Shown piece by piece: positions 21,501-29,550 of a DNA stretch of 64,000 nucleotides. The notes beneath the pieces were generated by a model. That model had not been told where the DNA came from. It did not search any database and saw only the letters and a program-made list of their open reading frames with translations. Origin of the DNA: Cyanophora paradoxa CCMP329 (lineage: Eukaryota > Plantae > Glaucophyta); NCBI GenBank assembly GCA_004431415.1, contig QPMI01000194.1, positions 92,517 through 156,516 on the forward strand, in the 5' to 3' direction. A program made the translations under genes and the position numbers. The stretch's first letter is position 1, and each line of letters starts with the position of its first letter.

Positions 21501-23935
21501 GGCGCGGCGCCTGGCGCGTCTTCGGAGCCGTCGGCCGCGCCGTTGTAGACGGGGTGGTTCAGCGGGGCGCGCGACATTGCATCTGCCGCGCCGTTGGTCG
21601 TGCCCTTGCAGTGTTTGATGATGTAGTTGTAACCCTGCAGGTACATGGCCACCTTGGCGAGGTAACGGTTGGGCGGCTGGCTCGTCGACGTGTTGCGGAG
21701 CGAGAGGAGCGGCTCGTGATCCGTGTGGATCTCGAACGGCTGGTTGCACTCGAAGTAGTGCGTCCACTGCTTCAGAGCCCACAGCAACGTCATCGCCTCC
21801 CCCTCCACAGCGCCGTAGTTGCGCTCCGAGTCGCCGTTCGTGCGGCTGGAGAACATGAGCGGCCGGACGTTGCCGGCGTCGTCGGCCTGGTGCAAGATCG
21901 CGCCCATCGCCTGCTTGCTCCAGTCCGTTGTCACGATGAACGGCCGCGCGGCGTCGTTGAAGTGAGGGAAGGGGAGGGCGACGTCGTCGATGAGGGCGGT
22001 CTGGAGGGTGCGGAACGCCTCCCTGCAGCGATCGTCCCAGAGCGTCACGAAGGACTGCGGGGCCCCGCCTGGTTCCCGAGGCTTGTCGCGGTGCTTGAGC
22101 ACATCGTACAGCGGTTGTGCGATGCGGGCGTAGTTGCGGACGAAGCGTCGGTAGTAACCCGTGAGGCCGACGAAAGAGTGGAGGTTCTCCGGGGTCGACG
22201 GTTCGGGCCACTTGGCGATCATGTCCATCTTCTTCTTGTCCTTCCGTACGCCTTCTCCGGAGACGCGGTGTCCCAGGAGCTCGATTTCGCGGACCATGAA
22301 GCGGCACTTGCTCGGCTTCAGTTTGAGGTTCCCGCGTTCCACGGCGGCGAAGAAGGCCTCCAGGTCGATGAGGTGCTGGTCGACCGTGGAGGAGAAGATG
22401 GTCAGGTCATCGACGTACGCGACCACGCAGGTCGAGAGAAGCGGGCCCATGATCGACGAGATAGCCCTGCAGAACGCCGACGGCCCGTTCGTGATCCCGA
22501 ATGGAGTGACTTTCCACTGGTACATGCCCCAAGGGACGATGAACGTCGTGTACTTGCGCGACTCCTCCGAGAGCGGAAGCTGCCAGAATCCTGACGTCGC
22601 ATCACAGGTTGAAAAGACGCGCGCCTTGCGCAGCCGTTCGAGCTGGTCGTCGATGCGGGGGAGCGGGAAGACGTCGCGCTCCGTCAGCAGATTCAGTTTG
22701 CGATAGTCGATGCAGAACCGTAGCGTGCCGTCCTTCTTCGGCGCCAGCACCACCGGGGAGCCATAGCCAGCCTGGGAGGGCTCGATCAAGTCGTCGCGCA
22801 GCAACTTCTCGATCTCCTTCCGTGTAGCCTCTTCCGCTGTCGGTGACATCCGACGCGGGTGAGTGTACAGCGGCAGGTTGACCTTGTCGACTCCAGGCTG
22901 GAGCTGTAGCGAGTGCTCGAATTTGAGCAGATCCCGGGGGTCCAGGCGGTTGGTGAAGGAACGCTTGTTGCGGCTGAGCAAGGCCGTCAGCCGCTCCGCC
23001 TGGAACGAGGTCGTCTCCGGTAACGCATCTGCCCGCGAGGCGGCTCGCAGCGCCTCGAGCGCCTCCTTCCAGGCCTCCTCGGGTGACTTCTCGTCTGGAG
23101 GCTTGTCGGAGGTCGGCGGATCCATCGCGTTCGTACTCATCGTCGCTTGCCGTACTGCTGCTGGAGGCGACTGCGGCCCCCCGGGGTCCAGGTTGTCCCT
23201 TCGCCATCGGAGTACAAGACAGCGCAAGTCGGCGATGTGAGCGCGGGCTTCAACTGCCCCGTCGCCCGTCTGTCGCTCGAGTCGCGTGGACCATTTGTCG
23301 AGGGCGGCGTCGAGTTCCTGGACCTCGTCGGCCGTAAGCGGTGTTTGCTCCTGTTCACCGCTGTTGGTGTCCGGGCGCTTGAAACATTCTGGCCACCGTT
23401 GCCGGGCGACTCGGCGGAAGTGCTTCGGGCCGACGCGCCGACGGACCACCACAGGTCGCGCCGCCTGCAGGATTCGCCGTGCAGCCGCCCGTCGCTGATC
23501 GTCGGTCCACGTGGAGGACGGGCCCGAGGGGAAGGGCGTGGAGTCTGGCGTGAACTCGCCCTCTTCCCAGTGCCCGAATTCAGCGTAGCCGATGATCGTA
23601 CCCTCCGAAAGGTGGAGCGGTTTGCGTGTAGGGTTACAGATATGAACGTGGAGGTGGCGGGGGGTTCGGGAGGCGTGTGACCAGAGTTGGGTGGGGACAG
23701 TGAAGGAAGGAGGGAGTAGGGGCGTCTCGTCGCCCCGAGGTACTACAGCTGAGTCACGCGGGTCTGCGTCAGGCGAGCCGAACGCTGTGATGCGGACTTC
23801 GTCTTGCTGAACCGGAAGCTGGCCCCGCAGGTCCGGCACATGGCACCGTACGAAGGCTTCGCCTCTTGGTACGTAGAGGGGACGGAGAAGGCGGACCGGA
23901 ACGGCCCCTCCGGTTCGGTCCGAGGACGAAAAGGG
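18593..23935 (-). CDS. pol: ORF3: Pol (RT-RNase H-long linker-integrase), probably reached by -1 frameshift
   Basis: RT motifs: RFCIDYRKLN, FPLPRIDD, DATSGFWQ, PFGITNGPSAF, YVDD (22406-22417). RNase H motifs: TTDWS, ERNYGAVEGE, HTDHEPL, ADAMSR. Integrase: HDDWAH...CPHC (HHCC), D-D-E (QADI, IDNGSQ, NGGAER) and a GPF module (WTGPFVV...VHID). Confidence 0.97.
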   Translation of the reverse strand, partial: PFSSSDRTGGAVPVRLLRPLYVPRGEAFVRCHVPDLRGQLPVQQDEVRITAFGSPDADPRDSAVVPRGDETPLLPPSFTVPTQLWSHASRTPRHLHVHICNPTRKPLHLSEGTIIGYAEFGHWEEGEFTPDSTPFPSGPSSTWTDDQRRAAARRILQAARPVVVRRRVGPKHFRRVARQRWPECFKRPDTNSGEQEQTPLTADEVQELDAALDKWSTRLERQTGDGAVEARAHIADLRCLVLRWRRDNLDPGGPQSPPAAVRQATMSTNAMDPPTSDKPPDEKSPEEAWKEALEALRAASRADALPETTSFQAERLTALLSRNKRSFTNRLDPRDLLKFEHSLQLQPGVDKVNLPLYTHPRRMSPTAEEATRKEIEKLLRDDLIEPSQAGYGSPVVLAPKKDGTLRFCIDYRKLNLLTERDVFPLPRIDDQLERLRKARVFSTCDATSGFWQLPLSEESRKYTTFIVPWGMYQWKVTPFGITNGPSAFCRAISSIMGPLLSTCVVAYVDDLTIFSSTVDQHLIDLEAFFAAVERGNLKLKPSKCRFMVREIELLGHRVSGEGVRKDKKKMDMIAKWPEPSTPENLHSFVGLTGYYRRFVRNYARIAQPLYDVLKHRDKPREPGGAPQSFVTLWDDRCREAFRTLQTALIDDVALPFPHFNDAARPFIVTTDWSKQAMGAILHQADDAGNVRPLMFSSRTNGDSERNYGAVEGEAMTLLWALKQWTHYFECNQPFEIHTDHEPLLSLRNTSTSQPPNRYLAKVAMYLQGYNYIIKHCKGTTNGAADAMSRAPLNHPVYNGAADGSEDAPGAAPGARASRCRSLGTRTSPRMYFVQLPREDPAREMASVARTAIEAARVLRAEKERRRIRRVQQKEARTGRAPRELRNLDSALGPAWRSAAQGGRRDPQEAPAAPAPRRPQTALDRSFEIADRMISSGMYRTRSSQATSTAAPSAVDVDEWLARTFPDGPPGDKPATSAPTTAVAEDGGPPVPVEAPPATAAPPSELRAASPGVDEADPAPMAQPPGRRRRALQNLESDLGPAWQHPDNAAATSGRARYPRRAQHPPSSAETGLNALAEQAERVSEEAARRLADPAPLSGADQEHLADGPPHAPLQFNAAHPNLTPQVFRPDGRPRSKHYKRRQRRFLKKFLAGLKDFEGEPAMEEHRRLYNEAQLRRRQLRGWKSRQGRYSVAPPSIPDAAGEENANGVGDAAGDAGSSGASQRGGGQQREEPKSDNGGERSDDDETVERVPSGFVAPLQGPAGDRVRPLDVIVEGEVRDVWAEGHRRIVDPPPPDKLKRFMSDATAMVLEQHNDPWCKQVREFINNGVNTARCRDHRKLEIPEDQITCKWCLRAKEAYADMMDSYEIADGVVRRLPPLADMRSLVVVPETLREMILSAYHDDWAHRGADIVARRIFSRFWWDGMTSSVHRYVRSCPHCQRAKARRRPKVLCKIFEAYFPGDLHQADIMYLDLSVDGMVGAFVSVDAYSKYPDGKPIPDMKASTLRRCAEQALADHGVVQRYLIDNGSQLIQSEWYNFWKSKGTRIIRAAAFHQSTNGGAERLGQTFKRLVYGLCKAAGKSNRHWTEFVHQALLAMRTGIHAATGFPPAVLHFGRDLTLPGDLRFDPDERQRPTDPTLLNDRLAGLARAAESRAAAVAEHRKRYNKRLLRAHGGKPLRRSFRKGEKVLCWFEGLKRGIHNGWTGPFVVLRELSDGHLYAVKATTESERHRRTKELIVHIDLMIPYRDRPANVARKRRQGRPPRPEQPPAPPGAPPEVAPDA

Positions 23936-26900
23936 ACGAAGTGGTTCTCCTGGTCGTCCGGCGAGGTGATGTGCATGCCCCACATCTCCGGTGCGCAGCT
24001 GATCTGAGCGCGGAGCGCGATGAGGGTCGACAAGCCGAGCAGCATCTTGACATCGCCCATGGAGTTCGGCGACGTGACGACGACTGTCCGCGCGAGGCGG
24101 ACCGGGCCCAACGTCAGAACCACGTGTGCCGTGCGGCCATACGTCGTGATGTTCGACTGGAAGCCGACGAGGGGCACGCGCTCGTTGAGGTAGGTGAGGC
24201 CGGGGATCATCTCAGCCACACTGCCTTCCAAGACATCCACCTCCGCCCCGGAGTCCACGATGACCTTGATCAGGATGCTCTCCTTGGCCCACCCGTTCGC
24301 CCCCAACGCCGCGATTCCACACTCCACCAGCAGTCGTGTCGCCTGGAGGCGGTCCATCCAGGCGTTCTGATCGCGCTTCACGGCGCTCGCGACGAGCCTC
24401 TCCGCCAGCAGCTTGCCCACCTCTCCTCCGACTGTGCGCGAGATGCCCTCCGCGAGCTCCTTGGCCAACGCCTCCACCACCGGCGATACGGTGGTCATCG
24501 GTGTGCCCGCGTCGTCCGTGTGCACCGCCAGCACCCGTGTGAGGAGAGGGAGGCTCGCAGGGTGGAAGACAAACTCGGGGTCCGCGCTCGTCGTGATCGA
24601 ATTGGGATGTAGGAGCTGCATCTGGCGGGCTGCGGGGTTTGCTGCCGCCAGCCGAAGGACTCGTCGATGTGCACGCGTGCTTCGCCATGGCGTTGCTGGC
24701 GGAGCGGGCCGATCGTCCTCACTACTGTCTCCTGCCTGCGCGGAATCCGAAGAGGCGCGTTTCCCGAAGAAGCCGACGCCCGCGCGTTGCGAGAGTGTTG
24801 GTTGACGCTGGGGCCCTTCTCCGAAACGCAGCTGGCGGAAAGGGTGCTCGAATGCGGACACGATCACGCATTCCTTGACCGCGAGTTCCAGCGCCAAATC
24901 GCTGTTGCGTGCGGGGCGGCCGAGCTCCTTCTGGATTCGCTGCGTCGTCTCGTAGAGTCCTTGCAGCACCGTGAGGTCACTCTGCACCTCGTGGATCAGG
25001 TCCGGGATCCGCCTCAGCTCTGCCTCCGGTGTACGCCCTTCATACATTCGTGCCACGAGTCTGCGATCCACTGTCGCCACGCACACGGGGTTCTGGACGT
25101 CGCAGGGCAGGGCGCAGCTTGCATCTGTGCAAGCGTTGATGAACGTGCACAGCTGGCTCACGATTCCGTCGAACTCGAGTGGCGTCACCGACAGGATTCG
25201 CTTCGTGTACCACGTGACCGTGTCCGGCGCCGTCAGCGCCGCCTCCTTTGGCAGATCAATGCAGACCGCGGCGGGGACGAGCCGGGGTACGCGTTTGGCC
25301 AGGAGAGTTTCCCGCGTCGTTCGCCCGCACGCGTTGCTCACTACCGTCACGTAGAAGACCGCCTGCCTGTGCACCTCCAGTTTCCGCGCCGCCGAGCGAG
25401 AATCTGTGCCATCCACGGCCCATCGCGCCGTCCTCCGTGCGATGTACGCCGCCAAGTGAATCATGCGCGTGTAGACGAGGCTATGAGAGAGCCGTAGACT
25501 CGTCCAGTCGATCGCGTCGACTTGCGTTACGAAGTCCCGGTCGTACCAGGCGCCGCCTTCCCCGGTCGTTGACGCCCCTGCTCCTGCCAAGAGGAGGAGT
25601 TGCCCCGAGCCGTGGTACTTCGTCCATCGCGTTGCTGTCTGGAGAAACGTGACGAACTGCAGGTCCGTGTAGTCTATCGAGAGCATGTACTTCGCGATGG
25701 CGCGGAGTGATGTAGGAATGAGCGCTCGTGCAACTCGCCGTGGTGCTGTTGTTGCCGCCTCCGACTCGGACGGTGCCGTCACGTACACCGACGACGCTGT
25801 GTCCCCAGTCTCCGAGCTGTAGACCGACGCCGATGACGACATCGTCGTCGCCGCTGACGACGCTGTTGTCGTAGATGTCGAGCCCCCGTACGTCGAATCT
25901 GTCGTTGATGACGCTGTCGGCGCTCCGCCTGTTGTGCCCACCGTCGCCTTGGCGCTGGCCGCGAGGCGTCTCTGCAGCTTGCGCCCCATCCGAGTGCGCG
26001 CCCGCTTCGACCCTTCCGACGTTGCCGAGGTGGGCGCCTGTGAGCTTGTCTCGTCCGTCGAGGGCGGCGGACGTTGAGTCCGGCTTGCCCGTCGGCGTCG
26101 CGGCCCCCGCCCAGAGCCACCCTGACCTCCGTCGCCTCCGTCCGCCCCCTCGTCGTCGTCGTCCCCAGTTCCGCCTTCCTCCGGTCCGGGCGGTAGAGCG
26201 ATCCACACCGTGTAGTCCGCCAGCTCCCGGGCCCCGCTTCCTACTAGGCTGCAGTCGATGAACGCGTCGCCACGCCGCTTGGGCGCAGCGTGCAGGTAGT
26301 ACGGGAGCGGGTTGGTCGCCCCCAGGCGCAAGCTGGTGTCTTCTGCCACGCCCTCCGGGTGCCCCTCCGGTCCCGGCTGCGCCCCGTGGTACACCAGCGG
26401 GCCCGCGTGGGTGATGTGCAGGGCCTCGTCCCCGTACGCGTCACGGAGCCACGTGGTGAACTCTGTCCACAAGGCGCTGTTCTCCCCTTGTAGCATCTCA
26501 TCGAGGAGAACCGGGAACAGTGACGTGTGGAGCGGATCCAACGCTGCCCCCTCGAGCGCTTCGCCCATGCTCCACCAGCGGTCGAAGATCAGCGCGAACC
26601 GATCGGCCACCTCCTCCAGTTGCGACGCGTCGACGTGTGTCTGCTGGTTGCCGTCGCCGTCCGCGGTAATCGTGAACGCCCGCATCACCGGTACCGCGAT
26701 CATGTTGTCCAGCGTGCATGGATCTACGGGCCGACGAGGCTTGTAGAAGCGGAAGCCGCGGAAGAAAGTCGCCGCCTGCATGATGCCCAGCCGGATGCTC
26801 TCCGCAAAGACTGATGGTTCCGGGCAGGTGAAACCATGTCTCGTGAGGAAGTTCATCAGTGCCGGCTGCACGTGGTACGTGCCGTCGCACATGTCGCTCT

Positions 26901-29550
26901 CAGTGGCTTCGGGCACGGCCTCGACATACGCCGGGTAGCCCGTCATGTAACAGCAGCGCTGCTGGATGTGATCCGCCACCTCCGCTGGCATCGGTGTCGA
27001 AAGCCGCGGGTTGCTCGCGTGCAGCTGCATGACCGCAGCCAGGATGAACCCCGAGCTGATCTGTGCGCGTACCACTTCGCGTCGGAATCCGAGGACCGCA
27101 AAGACCTCCGGGTGTCGCGGGCAACGACGGGCTTGCCGCTCGGTCACTCCCCCTTGTTCGTACAACTCGTCACGTGTTTGTGAATTCACGCAACTACCCA
27201 CGCTCACGATAACGCCGTGCGCCCCGACGAAGTGCCCGAACGAGGTCAGAGCTGCTGGAAATTCCGAGCGCTCTTCCCGGAGCCCGAGAAGTCGCTGTGT
27301 GAACGCATTTTGCTGGACGGCGTACTGCTGGAATCTCTGTTGGCCCTCGCGCGTCTTTGAGCTCAACGTAACACGCGCCGGCGGCATGACCTCATTCTGC
27401 AGGTCGATTGGGAACATCTCCCGCCCGACGTCGGGCTCGAGCGGTGTCCGTTGGGGGTTAGTCGGGCTGTAGTGTTCGAAGTGCTCGCTGGGCACCGGGT
27501 GCACGCAGACGTCGCCCAGGAAGCAGGGGTAGATTTGCGGGGCGACGTGGACCTGTCGCGGATCCGCCGTCTGGAATTCCAACTCTGTCGAGCAGGGCCA
27601 GTCGTGGCGGTTGAGCACGCCGGGCTTGTTGAAGTCCTGCAGGAATGCGACGACTCTGCTCAGCATGGTCCCGACGTTGTACCAGACAGCGATCTCGCGC
27701 ATCATGACCGCACGGAGCGTGTCGCTGGCGCAGACGTACTGCCGCAGCTTCGTCTCGCGAACCATCAGGATGTCGAACGCCCCCAATCCCGTCGGCAGGT
27801 TGCAACTGTGAGCTGCCGCCTCCACGCTCGTTGGTAGCCCCGTCAGTGCGTTCAATAGCCAGGCTACCAAGGGGAATGCCAAGTGGACGCGCAAGGCTGT
27901 CGTGGCAAAGCAGGAAGCCAGGTGGGCGACCGCTGTCAGTTCCCGATGCGGGTCGGGGACATGCGAGAACCCGAGAAGAAGGTCGTGGCCCGTCCCGTCG
28001 TCCGTCCCGAGCCAGTGTCGCTCCGTTGTCGTTGGCAACTGCACCTCGAACACCATCGTTGCATGAATGTCGTCGTCGCGGGCCGGGTCGAACACGGAAC
28101 CGTGGTCCGTCGTCAGCTCTTCGGCGGAGGTGGGATGACTCGGATGCTGCCAGGCCAGCGCCGTCCGCGTCGGAGCCCTGTACTCGAACCGGCTCTGCAG
28201 CGCCGTTGTCCCCGCCTTGACGTCCGTGAAGAGCGTGAGCTCGTCCCCGTTGATGCACACCCGTCCCAGTGCATCGTAACGCTCCCAGGGCTGGTCCTCC
28301 GGTTGTGGCTGCTGGCGCCTCCGCCGGCGTTGCGGGGCCTCGGCCAGGGGCCGGGCGCTTGGCGCTCCAGCGCGCTCCTCCCCCGGTCTGGCCCGCGGGC
28401 CTGTTGGCTGTCCGAGCAGCTGGCCCATCGCCTGCTGGAAGAGCCGCCCTTGGATGCGAGGTGTCCGTGCCCGTTGCGACTCGAACGCCGCGGCGATGGC
28501 ACCGTCAACCGGTTCGGCCCGCTCGTGCAGGCGTCTCCACGTGGTGTAGTGGAAGTAGCCGCTCGCCGGCTGATCCCGAAGGAGCAAGGGATCCGTGTCG
28601 ACGTCGTGGCGTGGGAGAGGTGTCGGGACGAACAGGTCCTGCTGGATTGCTCTGTCGTCTGCCGTCAACGCGCCGTCCCCGTGCTGCAGTTGCTTGCCGA
28701 CGGCCTGTGCCAGTGGCCCTCCATGGAGTAGCATGTCGACGGCCGTCACCTCGTGGGGCTTCGCAGGTCGCCGGCTCGTGTTAATCCGGGCCGGGTCGCC
28801 GCTCGCCACGAGGGCGACTGCCGCGCTCTCAGGCTGAGCGTCCTGAGGGGCGATAGCGTCGCCACCGTTGTCGCAGAGCCGCCGCTTGGTCCTGCAACGT
28901 TCGGGGCCGGACGTAGCGCAAAGTGCACGATAACTCGGCGTTCCGTCTCGTTCATCTCCCCCTCCATCACCGTTGGGAGGCCGAAAGCGTTGGCGCCCGC
29001 GTAGTACGGCCAGGCGCCGGGTTTTGCCGAGCGTACGGGCAAGTGGTGTAGCGGGATGTTCCGTTCCCAGTCCTGCCGCCGCCCTTGCATGACGACGGGG
29101 AGTTGCCGGTTCGGAGTCAGCGGGTAACGCTGCAGTCCCTCGTTGCCGTGCTGCAGCTGCTCGCGATGGAGCGTGCGAAGGAGAGTGAAGAATTGCATTG
29201 GGTGGCCCACAATCATTGCGACCGTGTACGCCTTGAAAGGCGACGCCGCCATCTCCATGATCCAGGAAGTCAGTACTCGTACAGCCTGCTGCGCCTTCGC
29301 GCTGTGCGGGTCCGACTCGCCCGTCGCTGTCGCGATCGCCGTTGTCATGGACTCGCGCAGCCGCTCCGTGACCGTTCTGAGCAAGAGGGTCCTGAGCGAC
29401 GTCATCGCCACTGCGATGGGAACTAGCCGGAGATTCTCCCCCCGCCGGCCAAGGATGAACGGTGTCGACTGAAAAGGCGCCGCGTACCACGTGACATCGG
29501 GATCGTGAATTGCCAGGTGCATGGGGGCCTGGGGCGGCTGCGGAGCCCAA
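23743..29550 (-). CDS. pro: ORF2: ~1,600 aa of unknown protein followed by a retropepsin-like aspartic protease; true start uncertain, probably entered near 28.9-28.7 kb
   Basis: VIVDSGAEVDVL (DSG at 24247-24255) and a downstream MLLGLSTL motif, typical of retroelement proteases. The ORF is in the -1 frame relative to ORF1. Confidence 0.85.
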   Translation of the reverse strand: MGSAAAPGPHAPGNSRSRCHVVRGAFSVDTVHPWPAGGESPASSHRSGDDVAQDPLAQNGHGAAARVHDNGDRDSDGRVGPAQREGAAGCTSTDFLDHGDGGVAFQGVHGRNDCGPPNAILHSPSHAPSRAAAARQRGTAALPADSEPATPRRHARAAAGLGTEHPATPLARTLGKTRRLAVLRGRQRFRPPNGDGGGDERDGTPSYRALCATSGPERCRTKRRLCDNGGDAIAPQDAQPESAAVALVASGDPARINTSRRPAKPHEVTAVDMLLHGGPLAQAVGKQLQHGDGALTADDRAIQQDLFVPTPLPRHDVDTDPLLLRDQPASGYFHYTTWRRLHERAEPVDGAIAAAFESQRARTPRIQGRLFQQAMGQLLGQPTGPRARPGEERAGAPSARPLAEAPQRRRRRQQPQPEDQPWERYDALGRVCINGDELTLFTDVKAGTTALQSRFEYRAPTRTALAWQHPSHPTSAEELTTDHGSVFDPARDDDIHATMVFEVQLPTTTERHWLGTDDGTGHDLLLGFSHVPDPHRELTAVAHLASCFATTALRVHLAFPLVAWLLNALTGLPTSVEAAAHSCNLPTGLGAFDILMVRETKLRQYVCASDTLRAVMMREIAVWYNVGTMLSRVVAFLQDFNKPGVLNRHDWPCSTELEFQTADPRQVHVAPQIYPCFLGDVCVHPVPSEHFEHYSPTNPQRTPLEPDVGREMFPIDLQNEVMPPARVTLSSKTREGQQRFQQYAVQQNAFTQRLLGLREERSEFPAALTSFGHFVGAHGVIVSVGSCVNSQTRDELYEQGGVTERQARRCPRHPEVFAVLGFRREVVRAQISSGFILAAVMQLHASNPRLSTPMPAEVADHIQQRCCYMTGYPAYVEAVPEATESDMCDGTYHVQPALMNFLTRHGFTCPEPSVFAESIRLGIMQAATFFRGFRFYKPRRPVDPCTLDNMIAVPVMRAFTITADGDGNQQTHVDASQLEEVADRFALIFDRWWSMGEALEGAALDPLHTSLFPVLLDEMLQGENSALWTEFTTWLRDAYGDEALHITHAGPLVYHGAQPGPEGHPEGVAEDTSLRLGATNPLPYYLHAAPKRRGDAFIDCSLVGSGARELADYTVWIALPPGPEEGGTGDDDDEGADGGDGGQGGSGRGPRRRRASRTQRPPPSTDETSSQAPTSATSEGSKRARTRMGRKLQRRLAASAKATVGTTGGAPTASSTTDSTYGGSTSTTTASSAATTMSSSASVYSSETGDTASSVYVTAPSESEAATTAPRRVARALIPTSLRAIAKYMLSIDYTDLQFVTFLQTATRWTKYHGSGQLLLLAGAGASTTGEGGAWYDRDFVTQVDAIDWTSLRLSHSLVYTRMIHLAAYIARRTARWAVDGTDSRSAARKLEVHRQAVFYVTVVSNACGRTTRETLLAKRVPRLVPAAVCIDLPKEAALTAPDTVTWYTKRILSVTPLEFDGIVSQLCTFINACTDASCALPCDVQNPVCVATVDRRLVARMYEGRTPEAELRRIPDLIHEVQSDLTVLQGLYETTQRIQKELGRPARNSDLALELAVKECVIVSAFEHPFRQLRFGEGPQRQPTLSQRAGVGFFGKRASSDSAQAGDSSEDDRPAPPATPWRSTRAHRRVLRLAAANPAARQMQLLHPNSITTSADPEFVFHPASLPLLTRVLAVHTDDAGTPMTTVSPVVEALAKELAEGISRTVGGEVGKLLAERLVASAVKRDQNAWMDRLQATRLLVECGIAALGANGWAKESILIKVIVDSGAEVDVLEGSVAEMIPGLTYLNERVPLVGFQSNITTYGRTAHVVLTLGPVRLARTVVVTSPNSMGDVKMLLGLSTLIALRAQISCAPEMWGMHITSPDDQENHFVPFRPRTEPEGPFRSAFSVPSTYQEAKPSYGAMCRTCGASFRFSKTKSASQRSARLTQTRVTQL
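23892..23935 (-). promoter_or_regulatory. Predicted programmed -1 ribosomal frameshift signal (pro/pol)
   Basis: In-frame heptamer C CCU UUU (23935-23929), a 6-nt spacer, then the stem-loop CGGACCGAAC...GUUCCGGUCCG (23922-23892). ORF3 is in the -1 frame relative to ORF2. Confidence 0.8.
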
